DNA of 64,000 bases from Hemiscyllium ocellatum (Eukaryota): NCBI RefSeq assembly GCF_020745735.1, contig NC_083409.1, forward strand, positions 7,367,534 through 7,431,533, written 5' to 3'. The notes under the pieces are model-generated. The model ran no database searches, was not told where the DNA came from, and saw only the letters and a program-made list of their open reading frames with translations. Numbering within the stretch: the stretch's first letter is position 1; every line of letters begins with the position of its first letter. Shown here piece after piece: positions 24,200-35,649 of this stretch. Position numbers and translations under genes: made by a program.

Positions 24200-25750
24200 T
24201 ATGCAGAGAACCCCTGGGCAGCAGTGTTTAGTTATCATTGAGATTGCAGGAACATTTAATCTGGGAGGTCAGCCAGGAGTATGTTTCGATACTGAAGTCT
24301 TCAGTTTTCACAGAAATGAATGAGAACTTCAACAGATGAATTGAGAAGAGGGTAGAGTTGGTTAATTTCTGTGAAGTGGAAATAAGCGATCTTGGTGCAA
24401 GTCTATTCAGTCATGCTCAGCTTACTTCTAGAATCTCGGTAATTTGTCAAATTCTGAGTCAAGTCTGTGATAATTTAAGGTGCTGAGTGGCCTTAATAGA
24501 AATTAAACTGGGCGTCTCTGTGAAGGTTACAGCTGAGTAGGTGCTGCTTTGAAATATTGTTGTAGGCTCCTTCCACCACTTTACTGATGACTGAGAGAAG
24601 ACTGTTAGGTGCTTCTTTTAAATCTTGTGTCCAGGACATACCGTAATCAATGATTCACAGTGTCGAATCGACGCCAGTGCTGCAGCGTGCTTGGAAGTGA
24701 TTGGCCTGATGAGACCAATTCTGGAGCATAGTTCTTCATTAATATTTCCAGAATGTTCTCATGTTCCATAGCATTTACCGCATACAGTAACTCCAACCAT
24801 TTTTTGATATCGCATGTAGTGAATCAAATTGGCTGAAAACTGGCCTGTACAAAAGTGGTGAACAGTAGAAACGTCGAGAGGCACCATCACTTGTATATTC
24901 CGGTTGAGGATTGTTGAAAATGTTTCAGTTTCAGCCTTTGCATGAATAACTTGGACACTTCCGTCAGTGAGGGTTGGGATATTTGTGAAGTCGCCTCTTC
25001 CTGTGAGTGGTTCAATTGATTATCGATAGTCACGGACTGTGTTTTGCAGAGTTGCAGTGCTTCAGAGCTTATTTATGACCTGTTGGTTGTGGGGTCATTT
25101 AGCTCTAGTTCTTGTTCCTCATGCATTCCGGTTTGGCAATTTGAGCAATTGAAACCTCACTTCTCGGTATGCGTGGACCTGCTTCAAGCATGCCCTCCTA
25201 TACTCGAATTGAACCAGAACTGATTTCCTGGTTCAATTGTAATAGTTAGTTGTGGGATATAACGAGACACGATGCTACAGATGCGCCAGAGTGCAATTCT
25301 ATTACAGATCTTCCACGTTGATTTATGGAGTTCCAGTCTTGTGTTTCTTGATATGTTCTTACTTAGAATGACGATCGCGCCTAACAACACGATGCAGTAT
25401 ACTCTCAAAGTGAAGGCGGCTTTTTGTCTCCAAAGGCACTGTGTAAATGGTCACTCTTAACGATATTCTCACAGACAGATGCGCCTGCAACTCTCAGATC
25501 ATTAAGTACGAAGTCAAGTATGTTTTCTTTCCTCTTTTTTTTGATTCCCTCACCACCTGCCACAAAAACAGTCCAGCAGCTCGGTCGTTTCTGATCCCAC
25601 TAACGTAATCAGGAGTACTGCTGCCTAGCCGCTCTGTGGTAGACGTAGAAACCTCCCGCTTACAGTACATATTGCGCAATTGCTTTCCTCAGTGCTTCCT
25701 CCAAGCCTTTTACAAATTGGAGGAGCACTGATACGTCAACTGAGAGAAGG
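24200..25750 (-). mobile_element. Older CR1/L2-like LINE fragment including endonuclease
   Basis: ERLGSST...WQVVRES.KR / ENILDFVL...VAGASV...KSDH correspond to the APE PTRGxNILDLVL and SDH motifs; colinear with 18040-18350. Confidence 0.7.
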
Positions 25751-25849
25751 CTATGCACGGAAATCAGTGGGAGGTTTCCTTGCCCATTGATAACCGGAAA
25801 CCATTAGTCTTCAAGGGAATCAAAGGCAAGGGTAAGAATTCCATAAGAT

Positions 25850-27720
25850 AATAACACCAGAAGACACAGGAGCAGAATTTAGGCCATTCAGACCATTGAG
25901 GCTGCTCCACCATTCATTGAACTTGATAAATTTCTCCACGCCATTCGTAAACTTTGGTCATCTCGGCAATGAAGAGTGAATCTCTCTTAGCCTTAAATAC
26001 TCAAACACCTGGCCACCACAGTCTTCTATGCAAATGAATTCCATAGATTCACCAGTCACTGCCTGATGACTCTCCTCGTTATCTCTTCTCCATTTACGCT
26101 AAGGTTCTGTTTTAGGTTCTTCGTCTCTCCTACCATGGAAACATCTTTCAAATATCCAATCTGTCCAGGCCATTCAATATTCTGTAAGTTTCTGTTAGAT
26201 ACCCACTCATCTTTGAAAGCTCCTTCGAGTATAGTTCCAGAGTCCATAAACACTCCTCATGAGTTGAGCATTTTATTCCTGGGGCCATACCCGTGAACTG
26301 ACTGTGATCATTCTCCAGGGTCAGTACGTCGACCCTGAGATATGGCAATCAAAACTGCGCACAAAATTCCAAATTTTTTCTGACCAGAGCCTCATCGAGC
26401 CTCAGACGTACATCACTGATTTTATATTCAAATGCAATCATTGCATTTGTCATCCCAACTATTGAATTTATCTGCATAATTAACTTAATTACTTGAAAAA
26501 CAAACTGACGAAAAAATGTAACTTGACAAAGAGCTGTTCCAATTTGCTGCAATAGCCTTGGTTAAAAGGTAAATATAAACACAGAGGTTCTTACAGGGGA
26601 GGAATTTCAGACAGTGAGTCCGCTGGAAAATGTTGAATTGGGGAACCTTTCTCACCAGCACCTTTCTTTATCCAAGAGCATCCAACCGACTGTTTGTCAA
26701 AAACAGCAAACTGGAAGAACTGGCCACTCTCCTTTTACTGGACAAATGTTTACTATAAAACCGAAAAGCCTTTTCCCTGACTGCTGCCTTCGGCATTATC
26801 TGTTATCCATGAGCAAAGTCCCTAACCCAGACAAATTGGAACCTCGGCCTTTACAACCCCTCTTGAAAAAAATCCAAGGACCACTTAAACTTGTGAAATG
26901 AGCAGCATTGTCACACCACTGTGAAAGCTGATTTAAAGCACCGATGCACTTCTTCCACCATTTCTTTGTCCCCCATTACTATTTCTGCCTTTTCCAGTGG
27001 TACAATTTGTATTATTGACTCCCTCTTGCCTTTCACATATCTAAAGAAAAACTCTTGCAATACCCTTTTATTTTACGAGCTCAAATACCCCTATATTTTA
27101 GTTACTCTCTGCTCTTTTTTTAAAGTCTTCCCAATCCTCCGGCTTCACAATAATCTTCACCACATTGCATGTTTTTTCTTTTGCTTTTATGCTCACCCTG
27201 ACTTCCCTCATCAGCCATGGTTGCCTTGGCCTCCACTCAGTCCCTTTCTTCTTCCTTGGATTGAATTCCTGCTCTGCCTCCCAAATTACTTCCAGAAGCT
27301 CCTGCCATTGCTGCTCCATTCTCTCTTATGCTCAGCTTCCATTCTTATCAACTCTGGCCAGCTCCTCCTTCATGTCTTTATAGTTCCCTTAAGTTAATTG
27401 CATTACCAGTACAACTGACTCCAGATTCTCTGTCACAAACTGTAGGGTGAATTCTGTCATATTACGGTGAATGTTCCCAAGGGATTCCTTCACCCGAAGT
27501 TCCCTAATCAGGACTGCTTCAATACACATCATCCAATCCAGAATTGCCTGTTCCATAGTGATCCCTACCACAAGCTGCTCCTAAAACCATCTCGTAGACA
27601 TTTCATTAATACCTTCCCTTGACATCCCCAAACAACTTAATTTTCCAGTCTACCTGCATATTAAAGTCCCTCATGACTATTGTAACAGAGCCTTCTCTAT
27701 TACCTGTTTTATTTTCTTCC
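25850..27720 (-). mobile_element. CR1 LINE fragments (3' end and ORF2 middle)
   Basis: LTETYRILNGLDRLD; EQAILDWMMCIE..LIRELRVKESLG; PRQPWLMREVRVSIKAKEK. Confidence 0.7.
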
Positions 27721-28054
27721 TCATATCCTGACTACTGCTGGCGGGGTCCTGTGCTAAGTTCTCATCATGCTCTTTGAATCCCATCTTCTGTGCCTTTCAT
27801 TTTCTCACATTCTGTGCAACTGAACCCATTTGCTTTCTCTTTGAGTTGACTTCAGGTCAATATTTATACCTGAAACATCACTGAACATGCTTCATAATCT
27901 CATTTACTATTGTGCAATGTTGTTGTGTACAAATTGTGTTTTCTGCATGACAGCAGTAACCAGTGTCCAGTCAAGTCCCTCACTCTCTGTAAATGCTTAG
28001 GGAGAGCCTGACATAAAAGTCTTTCTTTTGATGCACTGCGAGCCTTTCAGATAG

Positions 28055-28155
28055 CAGAGATTTCCTGATGAAGGGCTCTGGCCCGAAACGTAGAATTTTC
28101 TGTTCCTAGGATGCTTCCTAACCTGCTGTGCTTTAACCAGCAACACATTTTCAGA
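28055..28155 (+). mobile_element. Solitary Penelope-like terminal fragment (family A)
   Basis: Same sequence as 4350-4490 and 31150-31250. Confidence 0.8.
28061..28096 (+). ncRNA. Minimal type I hammerhead ribozyme motif, core intact (GUA triplet)
   Basis: ttc-CTGATGA-a-gggc(tctg)gccc-GAAAC-GTA-gaa. Confidence 0.7.
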
Positions 28156-28830
28156 GCAGATATCAGAGATGCCATTCCATTTATTAGACAGACAACAGGA
28201 CGGTTTCTCCTGGTGTCCTGGTCAATATTGATTCCCTAATTAGCATCACTAAAAATCTGATCCTCGCCTCATTGTCACCCAGCTCTCTGGCATCTTGCTG
28301 AGCACAGTCTGATGGAAAGAGCCACTGCGGCATCTTTAGGTGGAGGCAGGTGCAACATAAATGCAAGTAATTCTTTGAGGTTGGAGTCTCCTGAACCTGA
28401 CCCTTGCCCATTGGATGCACGCTTCCATCTTCCAGGGAACATGGGATCATTTAGAGCCGTGACACTGTCTGATCCCGGGACACTGAGACTCTTTGCAGCC
28501 TCACATTTGACCTTACCCAGTGTTGAGCTGGAAGATTTGAAACAACATCTAGAACCTTCTCCATGGATACCCAACGTGAATCGTTCCTGAAGTGTGGATC
28601 CGGCTCTGCTCCAATGTTGTTGGATAAAGTTCTCCCGAGCTGTGTGTGATCGAAGGTTTGTTAAAGAGTTGAGGAACTCCACCCCAAATACCAGGTCTTG
28701 CTCCATAGCTCTGGAGGCTTTGGTGTTTCAAGTGAATATCCAAGTGTTTTTTCAATGTGATGAGGGTTTCTGCCGCTCTCACCCTTTCAGACAGTGAGGC
28801 CCCGATCCCACCAGCCACAGGGTGAAGACA

Positions 28831-29133
28831 ATTAGATTACTTACAGTGTGGAAACAGGCCCTTCGGCCCAACAAGTCCACACCGAGCCGCCGAAGCGCAA
28901 CCCACCCATACCCCTACCCCTACATATACCCCTTACCTAACACTATGGGCAATTTAGCATGGCCAATTCACCTGACCCGCACATCTTTGGAAACCGGAGC
29001 ACCCGGAGGAAACCCACGCAGACACGGGGAGAACGTGCAAACTCCACACAGTCAGTCGCCTGAGGTGGTAATTGAACCCAGGTCCCTGGCGCTGTGAGGC
29101 AGCAGTGCTAACCACTGTGCCACCGTGCCGCCC
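28831..29133 (-). mobile_element. HE1-type SINE, near full length
   Basis: Reverse complement of the 10393 copy; it ends about 75 bp upstream of the Ig constant-exon splice acceptor. Confidence 0.92.
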
Positions 29134-29209
29134 ACCTGATGAATTGATTGAATCGGTCAGATTACTCATGGATACAAATGTTCAAAGGTTTGTTTCTCTT
29201 GTCTTTCAG

Positions 29210-29537
29210 GCCGTGACAACTCTCAGCCCAAGCTGTCCCTGCTGCCCCCCTCACTGGAGCAGGTCAATGCCAAGGGCACTGCCACCCTGGTGTGCCTTGC
29301 CAATCACTTCTATCCCGATGAGCTGGAGGTGCAGTGGAAGAAGAACGGTGCACTCATTTCGGACGGGGTTCAGACTAGCAACTACCTGCGAGCTTCGGAC
29401 AGCATCTATAGTGTCAGCAGCCTGCTGACCCTCTCTGGGTCTGACTGGGAGTCCAAAACTCACTTCCCCTGTGCCCTCACCCGTGTGACCCTCCCTCTTC
29501 CCTCAGCAAGAGCAACAGGAAATCAGAATGTGTGTAG
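29210..29537 (+). pseudogene. IGKC: Immunoglobulin light-chain kappa-type (shark type III/NS4-like) constant exon with a 1-nt frameshift near the 3' end
   Basis: Acceptor tttctcttgtctttcag| at 29208-29209 (phase 1). It encodes RDNSQPKLSLLPPSLEQVNAKGTATLVCLANHFYPDELEVQWKKNGALISDGVQTSNYLRASDSIYSVSSLLTLSGSDWESKTHFPCALTRVTL, a C1-set domain with both Cys and the Trp. The expected end LSKSNRKSECV* (TAG 29535-29537) lies in a shifted frame. Confidence 0.92.
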
Positions 29538-29639
29538 AGTGTTGGAGACAATCCACAGAGGAGATACAACTTTAAATAGAACAGGACTGAGGTGGCAGGA
29601 CAAAGGTCATTGTCAGCGCAGAATTTCAACTCTCTTCAC

Positions 29640-31250
29640 CTCTTCCGCTTCTTCCTTTCCCGCCGCACCAACCAGTTCACTTCCACTGACACCCTCCTTC
29701 GACTTACTGAACTGGTCCTCACCCTGAATAACTTCTCTTTCCAATCCTCCCACTTCCTCCAAACTAAAGGAGTCGCCATGGGCACCCGCATGGGCCCCAG
29801 CTATGCCTGTCTCTTCGTAGGATATGTGGAACAGTCCATCTTCCGAAACTACACTGGCACCACCCCCCACCTTTTCCTCCGCTACATCGATGACTGTGTC
29901 GGCGCTGCCTCGTGCTCCCACGAGGAGGTTGAACAGTTCATCAACTTTACCAACACCTTCCATCTCGACCTCAAATTCACCTGGACTGTCTCAGACTCCT
30001 CCCTCCCCTTCCTAGACCTTTCCATTTCTATCTCGGGCGACCGACTTAACACAGACATCTACTATAAACCAACTGACTCCCACAGCTACCTGGACTACAC
30101 CTCCTCCCACCCTGCCCCCTGTAAAAACGCCATCCCATATTCCCAATTCCTTCGTCTCCACTGCATCTGCTCCCAGGAGGACCAGTTCCAATACCGTACA
30201 GCCCAGATGGCCTCCTTCTTCAAGGACTGCAGATTCCCCCCATACATGATCGATGATGCCCTCCACCGCATCTCCTCCACTTCCCGCTCCTCCGCCCTTG
30301 AGCCCCGCCCCTCCAACTGCCACCAACACAGAACCCCACTGGTTCTCACCTGCCACCCCACCAACCTCCGTATACAGCGTATCATCCGCCGACATTTCCG
30401 CCACCTCCAAACGGACTCTACCACCAGGGATATATTTCCCTCCCCTCCCCTATCAGCGTTCCACAAAGACCAGTCCCTTCGTGACTCCCTCGTCAGGTCC
30501 ACACCCCCCACGAACCCAACCTCCACTCCCGGCACCTTCCCCTGCAACCGCAGGAAATGCAAAACTTGCGCCCACACCTCCTCCCTTACTTCTCTCCAAG
30601 GCCCCAAAGGATCCTTCCATATCCGCCACAAATTCACCTGCACCTCCACACACATCATCTATTGCATCCGCTGCACCCGATGTGGCCTCCTCTATATTGG
30701 GGAGACGGGCCGCCAACTTGCAGAACGCTTCAGGGAACACCTCTGGGACGCCTAGACCAACCAACCCAAAAACCCCATGGCTCAAGACTTTAACTCTCCC
30801 TCCCACTCCACCGAGAACATGCAGGTCCTTGGACTCCTCCATCTCCAGAACATAACAAAACGACGGTTGGAGGAAAAGCGCCTCATCTTCTGCCTGGGAA
30901 CCCTCCAACCACAAGGGATGAACTCAGATTTCTCCAGTTTCCTCATTTCCCCACCCCCCACCTTGTCTCAGTCGATTCCCTCGAACTCAGCACCACCCTC
31001 CTAACCTGCAATCTTGTTCCTGACCTCGCCGCCCCCACCCCACTCCGGCCTATCACCCTCACCTTGACCTCCTTCCACCTAAGACATCTCCGTCGCCCCT
31101 CCCCCAAGTCCCTCCTCCCTACCTTTTATCTTAGCCTGCCTGGCACACTCTCCTCATTCCTGATCAAGGGCTTTGGCCCGAAACATCGAATTTCCTGTTC
31201 CTTGGATGATGTCTGACCTGCTGTGCTTTAACCAGCAACACATTTTCAGC
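29640..31250 (+). mobile_element. 5'-truncated Penelope-like element (family A): RT C-terminal half + GIY-YIG + terminal repeat
   Basis: ORF 29592-30755 has KGVAMGTRMGPSYA, LRYIDD and IIYCIRCTRCGLLYIGETGR. A single TAG (30753-30755) is followed by the same frame to TAA at 31004. The terminal repeat carries a mutated hammerhead at 31156-31191. Confidence 0.93.
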
Positions 31251-31518
31251 TTGGTAAGTCCTTGCCAACTTTCACTCTTTAAACGGTACAGTACACGCCT
31301 ATGCATTCATAATAATGAACATATTTTATTCTTAAAATTTATTTCCGTAGTTTTAAACACCCTAGAAAGAGAAAATATGTATCCAGCATCTATTTTTTCA
31401 CAAAATCGTGTATGGCTCAAAACGATTTCGCATCCAATACTTGAACTGAGAGTGTTTCGTATCAAACAGCCTCCCAGGAACATGTGCACAGGGAGGAGGA
31501 ACATCATGTCTTGGGCAC

Positions 31519-31645
31519 ATTCCTGATGAAAGCCTTCTGCCCGAAAGATTTACTTTCCTGCTCCTCGGATGCTGCATGACCTGCGGTGCTTTTCCATTGC
31601 ACCATTTTTCGACTCTGACCACCTGCATCTGCAGTCTCGCAGTCC
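31519..31645 (+). mobile_element. Diverged PLE terminal fragment
   Basis: ctgatgaaagccttctgcccgaaa...ctcggatgctgc.tgacctgc.gtgcttttcc. Confidence 0.7.
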
Positions 31646-32334
31646 AGATGCAGTAAAGCATTGCTACGATTAAACCCGACACTCTTTCCCAGAAACAACA
31701 TCATTTGAAACCACTTGCTACATCTGCAGAATAACGTCATGGATCGGAGCAGCAGTTGGTTATTCAGCTGCACCATTTAGAATGCTCATGGCTGATCCAA
31801 ATGTGTCTGTCCATCCGTCTCCAGTTTGTTCCCAGTAAACACTGACTCTTCTGTCCAGCAAAGATCACTCGAGCTCAGCCTTGAACATTTTCAATAACTG
31901 CGTCTTTACTTCTCCCTAAGGTCAAGGCCACCACAGGTAGCACAACACTAAAGGGAAAAGGACATCCTTATTTCATGCAAGACCCGTTAGTTTAAAACTG
32001 TGCTAACCTAACATCAAATTGCCAATTCTTTTGATACGTAAGGACAGAATAATTAGGTATAGACATAAACAATATAGCCCTCTAAACCTGACCAACATTG
32101 CCAGTGAATCTTTGCAATCAAGTATGTATTAAACTAATTCTCCGCTCTTGTCACAGGAAGAGAACACCACATGAGCATTTTAAAAAGGATTAGAATTAGG
32201 CCATTCGGGCAATCGAGTCTGATTACCATTTAATAATGGCTTAGAGGTTTGTCAACATCATTCTCCTTATTTCTCTCTGTAACTCTTGGTACCCAAATTC
32301 ATCAAAATCCCGTCTATCTCTGGCTTTTAGCCAC

Positions 32335-32600
32335 AAGTGCCTATGTTTCTGTGTGTCTGTGTGCGTGTGTGTATTTGTTCATGCGTTTTTGTGTGTCTGT
32401 GTATTTGTTTGTATACATTTGTCCTTCCGTGTATTAGCCTCTGCATTTTATCTGTGTTTACGTCTGTTTGTGTGTGGCTGTGTATGTCTCTGTATGCCTC
32501 GACATGAGTGTGGGCCCATCTCAATGAATGTGCTGTGAGTGTTAGTATATTGAGGTGTTCACGTATGTCTCTAAACATTTCTGTGTCTGCATCCTTCTGC
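32335..32600. repeat. (TG)n-rich low-complexity tract
   Basis: Directly visible. Confidence 0.8.
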
Positions 32601-34049
32601 AATGAGATATTTGGTGTTTTGGGAGGAAAAGGAGTAGTGGAACAGAAAGAGCATTTAAAGTGAGTACTGCCCTCCAGAGAACATTGTTCCTTACTCAGTA
32701 GGACGTGGATATTACGGAATCTCCATATGATTCACTCAGTCCTCTCTGGCTCGTGCCAGGGTTCTCCCAAACTGGCGGGGAGAGTGGAGAAAGGGAACGG
32801 ATACCGAGCACTCCAACACCCGGCTTGACCCTTTCAGTCCTGTTCCAGGCTGTTTCTCCTGGAATGGGAGTAAGGGAAGGGACAGGGGGTGGGGTGGTGG
32901 TGGAATGAGCTGTTCGTACTGTTATAGGTGATGGTCGTGGCGGGGAGGGTTGCTGAATGGTGAGGTGTCAGGTGGGAGTCAGTCCATAGTGCAGAATACA
33001 TAAGGTGTTATTTGTGTGGGGGTATTGCATAGGCGACGGACAAAATGATGGAGGAAGGTCCTGAATTCAATAGTGATAGTGGTCGTGCATGAATTTTATC
33101 TGGAGACAAAGCGTGAGCTTTGTTCGGTGGTAGGTGCTATAACAGCTATTCAGTAAGTGTGTCGGTGCAGAGAGAATACGATGACACTTATCCTGGCAGA
33201 AGTAGGATGCAGAATGTCCTGTATTGCTGGATATTTCTTCAGATCATCTCAGCATCGAGGTGCGCCTCAAGGAACGTCTTGTCTAAGTCTGTCACTATTA
33301 ATCAACCGACCCTGTCCCTCAGATCCCACAGAATTAGTTTGGGAGGATCTTAAAAACGAGAAACAAACATGAGTGTGTTCTGCCCTGCAAAACTGTCGAG
33401 CAAATTTTGTACATCTTATGCTCTGGAAATTAGATATTGTGGTTGCTGCAGTAATACTGAATTATCTCAAGTTATGTCTAAACCTCGTTAAATAAGTGAC
33501 TGCTAATGCTATGAAAAATAAATTCTAACAGTGTTATCAGGTAACTTGAAGAGTTGTTGTTATCCAAACTAGAGAGCAGGTTTGTATGGATTTGGTAATG
33601 TGTGCTCAGAAGGACTAATTAAGGAGCTTGTTCTGAAGAATAGTGACATTAATATGTTGCATTTTACACGGCATCTGCACATAAGAGCGAATGTTGAACA
33701 TGATGTTTAAACATCATGGAAGCCTGGAGGCTAAAGGGGCAAGTTCGCTCCAGTGAATTAAGAAAGCGAGAAATAATAAGAAGCAAATCAATCACTTGAA
33801 GGAGACTGACTAACATAGGGATATGGACACCTGCTGGCAGCAAGATCAGGAATACTCTCCAGATATTCTACAAGTGTGTCAGCTGGAATAGAATAACTAG
33901 GGAACAGTTAGGACTTATTAGAGACGTGCCACGTTGCATCCAAATCAACTTTGGGTTAGCATAGAGAGCATGGTGGTAGAGGGCTGTTTGTGTGACTGGA
34001 GACTGGTGTCCAATGATGTACCACCGGATCAGTGCTGTGATCCACATTA

Positions 34050-34190
34050 CACTAGATTATAGGTCAACAGGTTTATTTGGAGGCATTAGCTATCGAAGCG
34101 CATCATCACCTGACGAAGAAGCAACGCATCGAAAGCTAGTGCCTCTGAATAAATCTGGTGGACTATAACCTAGTGCCATGCGATTTTTTA
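34050..34190. mobile_element. Inverted pair of PLE family C termini (palindromic mini-element)
   Basis: The left arm ttataggtcaacaggtttatttggaggcattagctatcg is a diverged reverse complement of the right arm cgaaagctagtgcctctgaataaatctggtggactataa. The right arm holds cac-CTGACGA...GAAAG-CTA-gtg. Confidence 0.75.
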
Positions 34191-35520
34191 AAATTAAAAA
34201 CGATTGGCCCAGTGTTTAGACGTGATATGTAACTTACAGTAAGGCGTAAATGGAGTAGTCAGATGGGCAGATCAATGGCAGATGGATTGTCAACTTGATA
34301 AAGGTGATGTAATGCACTTTGGAGGGAGGAATCAGACAGGGTAGTACTCGATGAATGGCAGCACACTAGGAAGCTCAGCAGGTGCTGCTCCACATATCCT
34401 TGAATGGGATGGACAGGGTAACACACAAATTGACAAAGTATAGCGACCGTAAACATCGCCTTTATTCATCAAGGTATACATTATAAGAGCTATGCAGAAC
34501 TTTAGTTAATCCAAGATGGAATAATGTGTGTAGTTTTGGGATCCACATTACAGGAAGGAATATGATTGTTCTGGAGGGAATGCAGAGGAGATTCACAAGG
34601 ATGTTCCCTTGGATGGAGCATATCAGAGATGGAGAGAGGCTGGATACGCTCGGGTTGTTTACTTTGGAGCAGAGAAGGCGGAGGGGATTGTGATTCAGAA
34701 GGATAAAATTACGAGGGACATGGACAGGGTGGACAGACAACAGCTGTGCCTTTTATTGAAAGGGTCAAGAACAGGAAAGCACACTTTTAAAGTGAAGGGT
34801 TTGAGGTTTAGTGAGAATTTGATGATTGTTTTTCTTAACTCAGCAGGTGTTGGGGCTGGTATGCACATCCTGAGAGGGGATTTGTCACGGGTAACCTCAC
34901 AACCGTAAAAGAAAATACATTGTCGTGCACTTGAAATGCTATAACGTTCCCAGCTACGGATCTTGTGTCAGAAAGTGGGACTAATGTCGACAGTGCTGTA
35001 TTTGTGACGGTACAGAGTCTATGCTCTGTCATTGTATGGCTCTGGAGTGTCAGTCATTCAGCAGCTTAAGACAGGAATTGATGCGTTTCTGAAGAGTACG
35101 TTAACGAGGCTTTTAAAAGTGCAATTATAATAGTATCTATAAGCATGTCAGTAGCAAAATAAAGGGAAAAATGTGCAGCTTCTGACAGGCTGCAACCAGA
35201 GAATTGAGGACAGTGAAATGGCAGAACTATGAAGCAAATATTTCTTTTATGTCTTCACAGAAGAAATCAAATCAAAAAACATTCTTCCTGGCAATATTAG
35301 GAAACTTTAGTCTGGTGAAAAAGAAAGGAAATAGAATGATATTAGCAACTAAACAGTTTTAGAGAAATTACTGCGACCGAAAGTAATGGGCATAGACAAA
35401 GTCAACACAGATTTATGAAAAGAGAATCATATTTGAGAAACTGACCGTGCAAAACTATGGAGAAGCAATCAATGTAATACGAATGGATTTTTAGGAAAGT
35501 AGTTGATAAAGGCCCAACTA

Positions 35521-35649
35521 GGAGAAAGTCAGGACTGCAGATGCTGGAGACCAGAGTTGAAAAATGTGATGCTGGAAAAATACAGCCGGCCGTGCAGCAT
35601 CCGAGAAGCAGGAAAATCGACGTTTCGGATATAAGCCCTTCTTCAGGAT
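35521..35649 (-). mobile_element. PLE terminal fragment with hammerhead motif (35616-35649)
   Basis: Minus strand atc-CTGAAGA-a-gggc(ttat)atcc-GAAAC-GTC-gat. Confidence 0.75.

Noticed and set aside
25419-25680. RSS-like nonamer/heptamer (gctttttgt-9 nt-cactgtg) beside a V-FR3-like translation (ENILDFVLNDLRVAGASVC)
   Set aside because: The spacer is 9 nt, not 12 or 23, and the sequence is colinear with the LINE endonuclease copy at 18040-18130 (NILDLVL...ADASV...SDH motifs).
28275-28706. ORFs with V-like words (LTLPSVELED; GSGSGD...PKDAAV)
   Set aside because: No conserved Cys/Trp spacing, no YYC and no RSS; the flanks look like CR1 tail and SINE-derived sequence.
29613-30914. Several long ORFs antisense or alternative-frame to the Penelope ORF
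   Set aside because: Shadow frames caused by the C-rich bias of the element.
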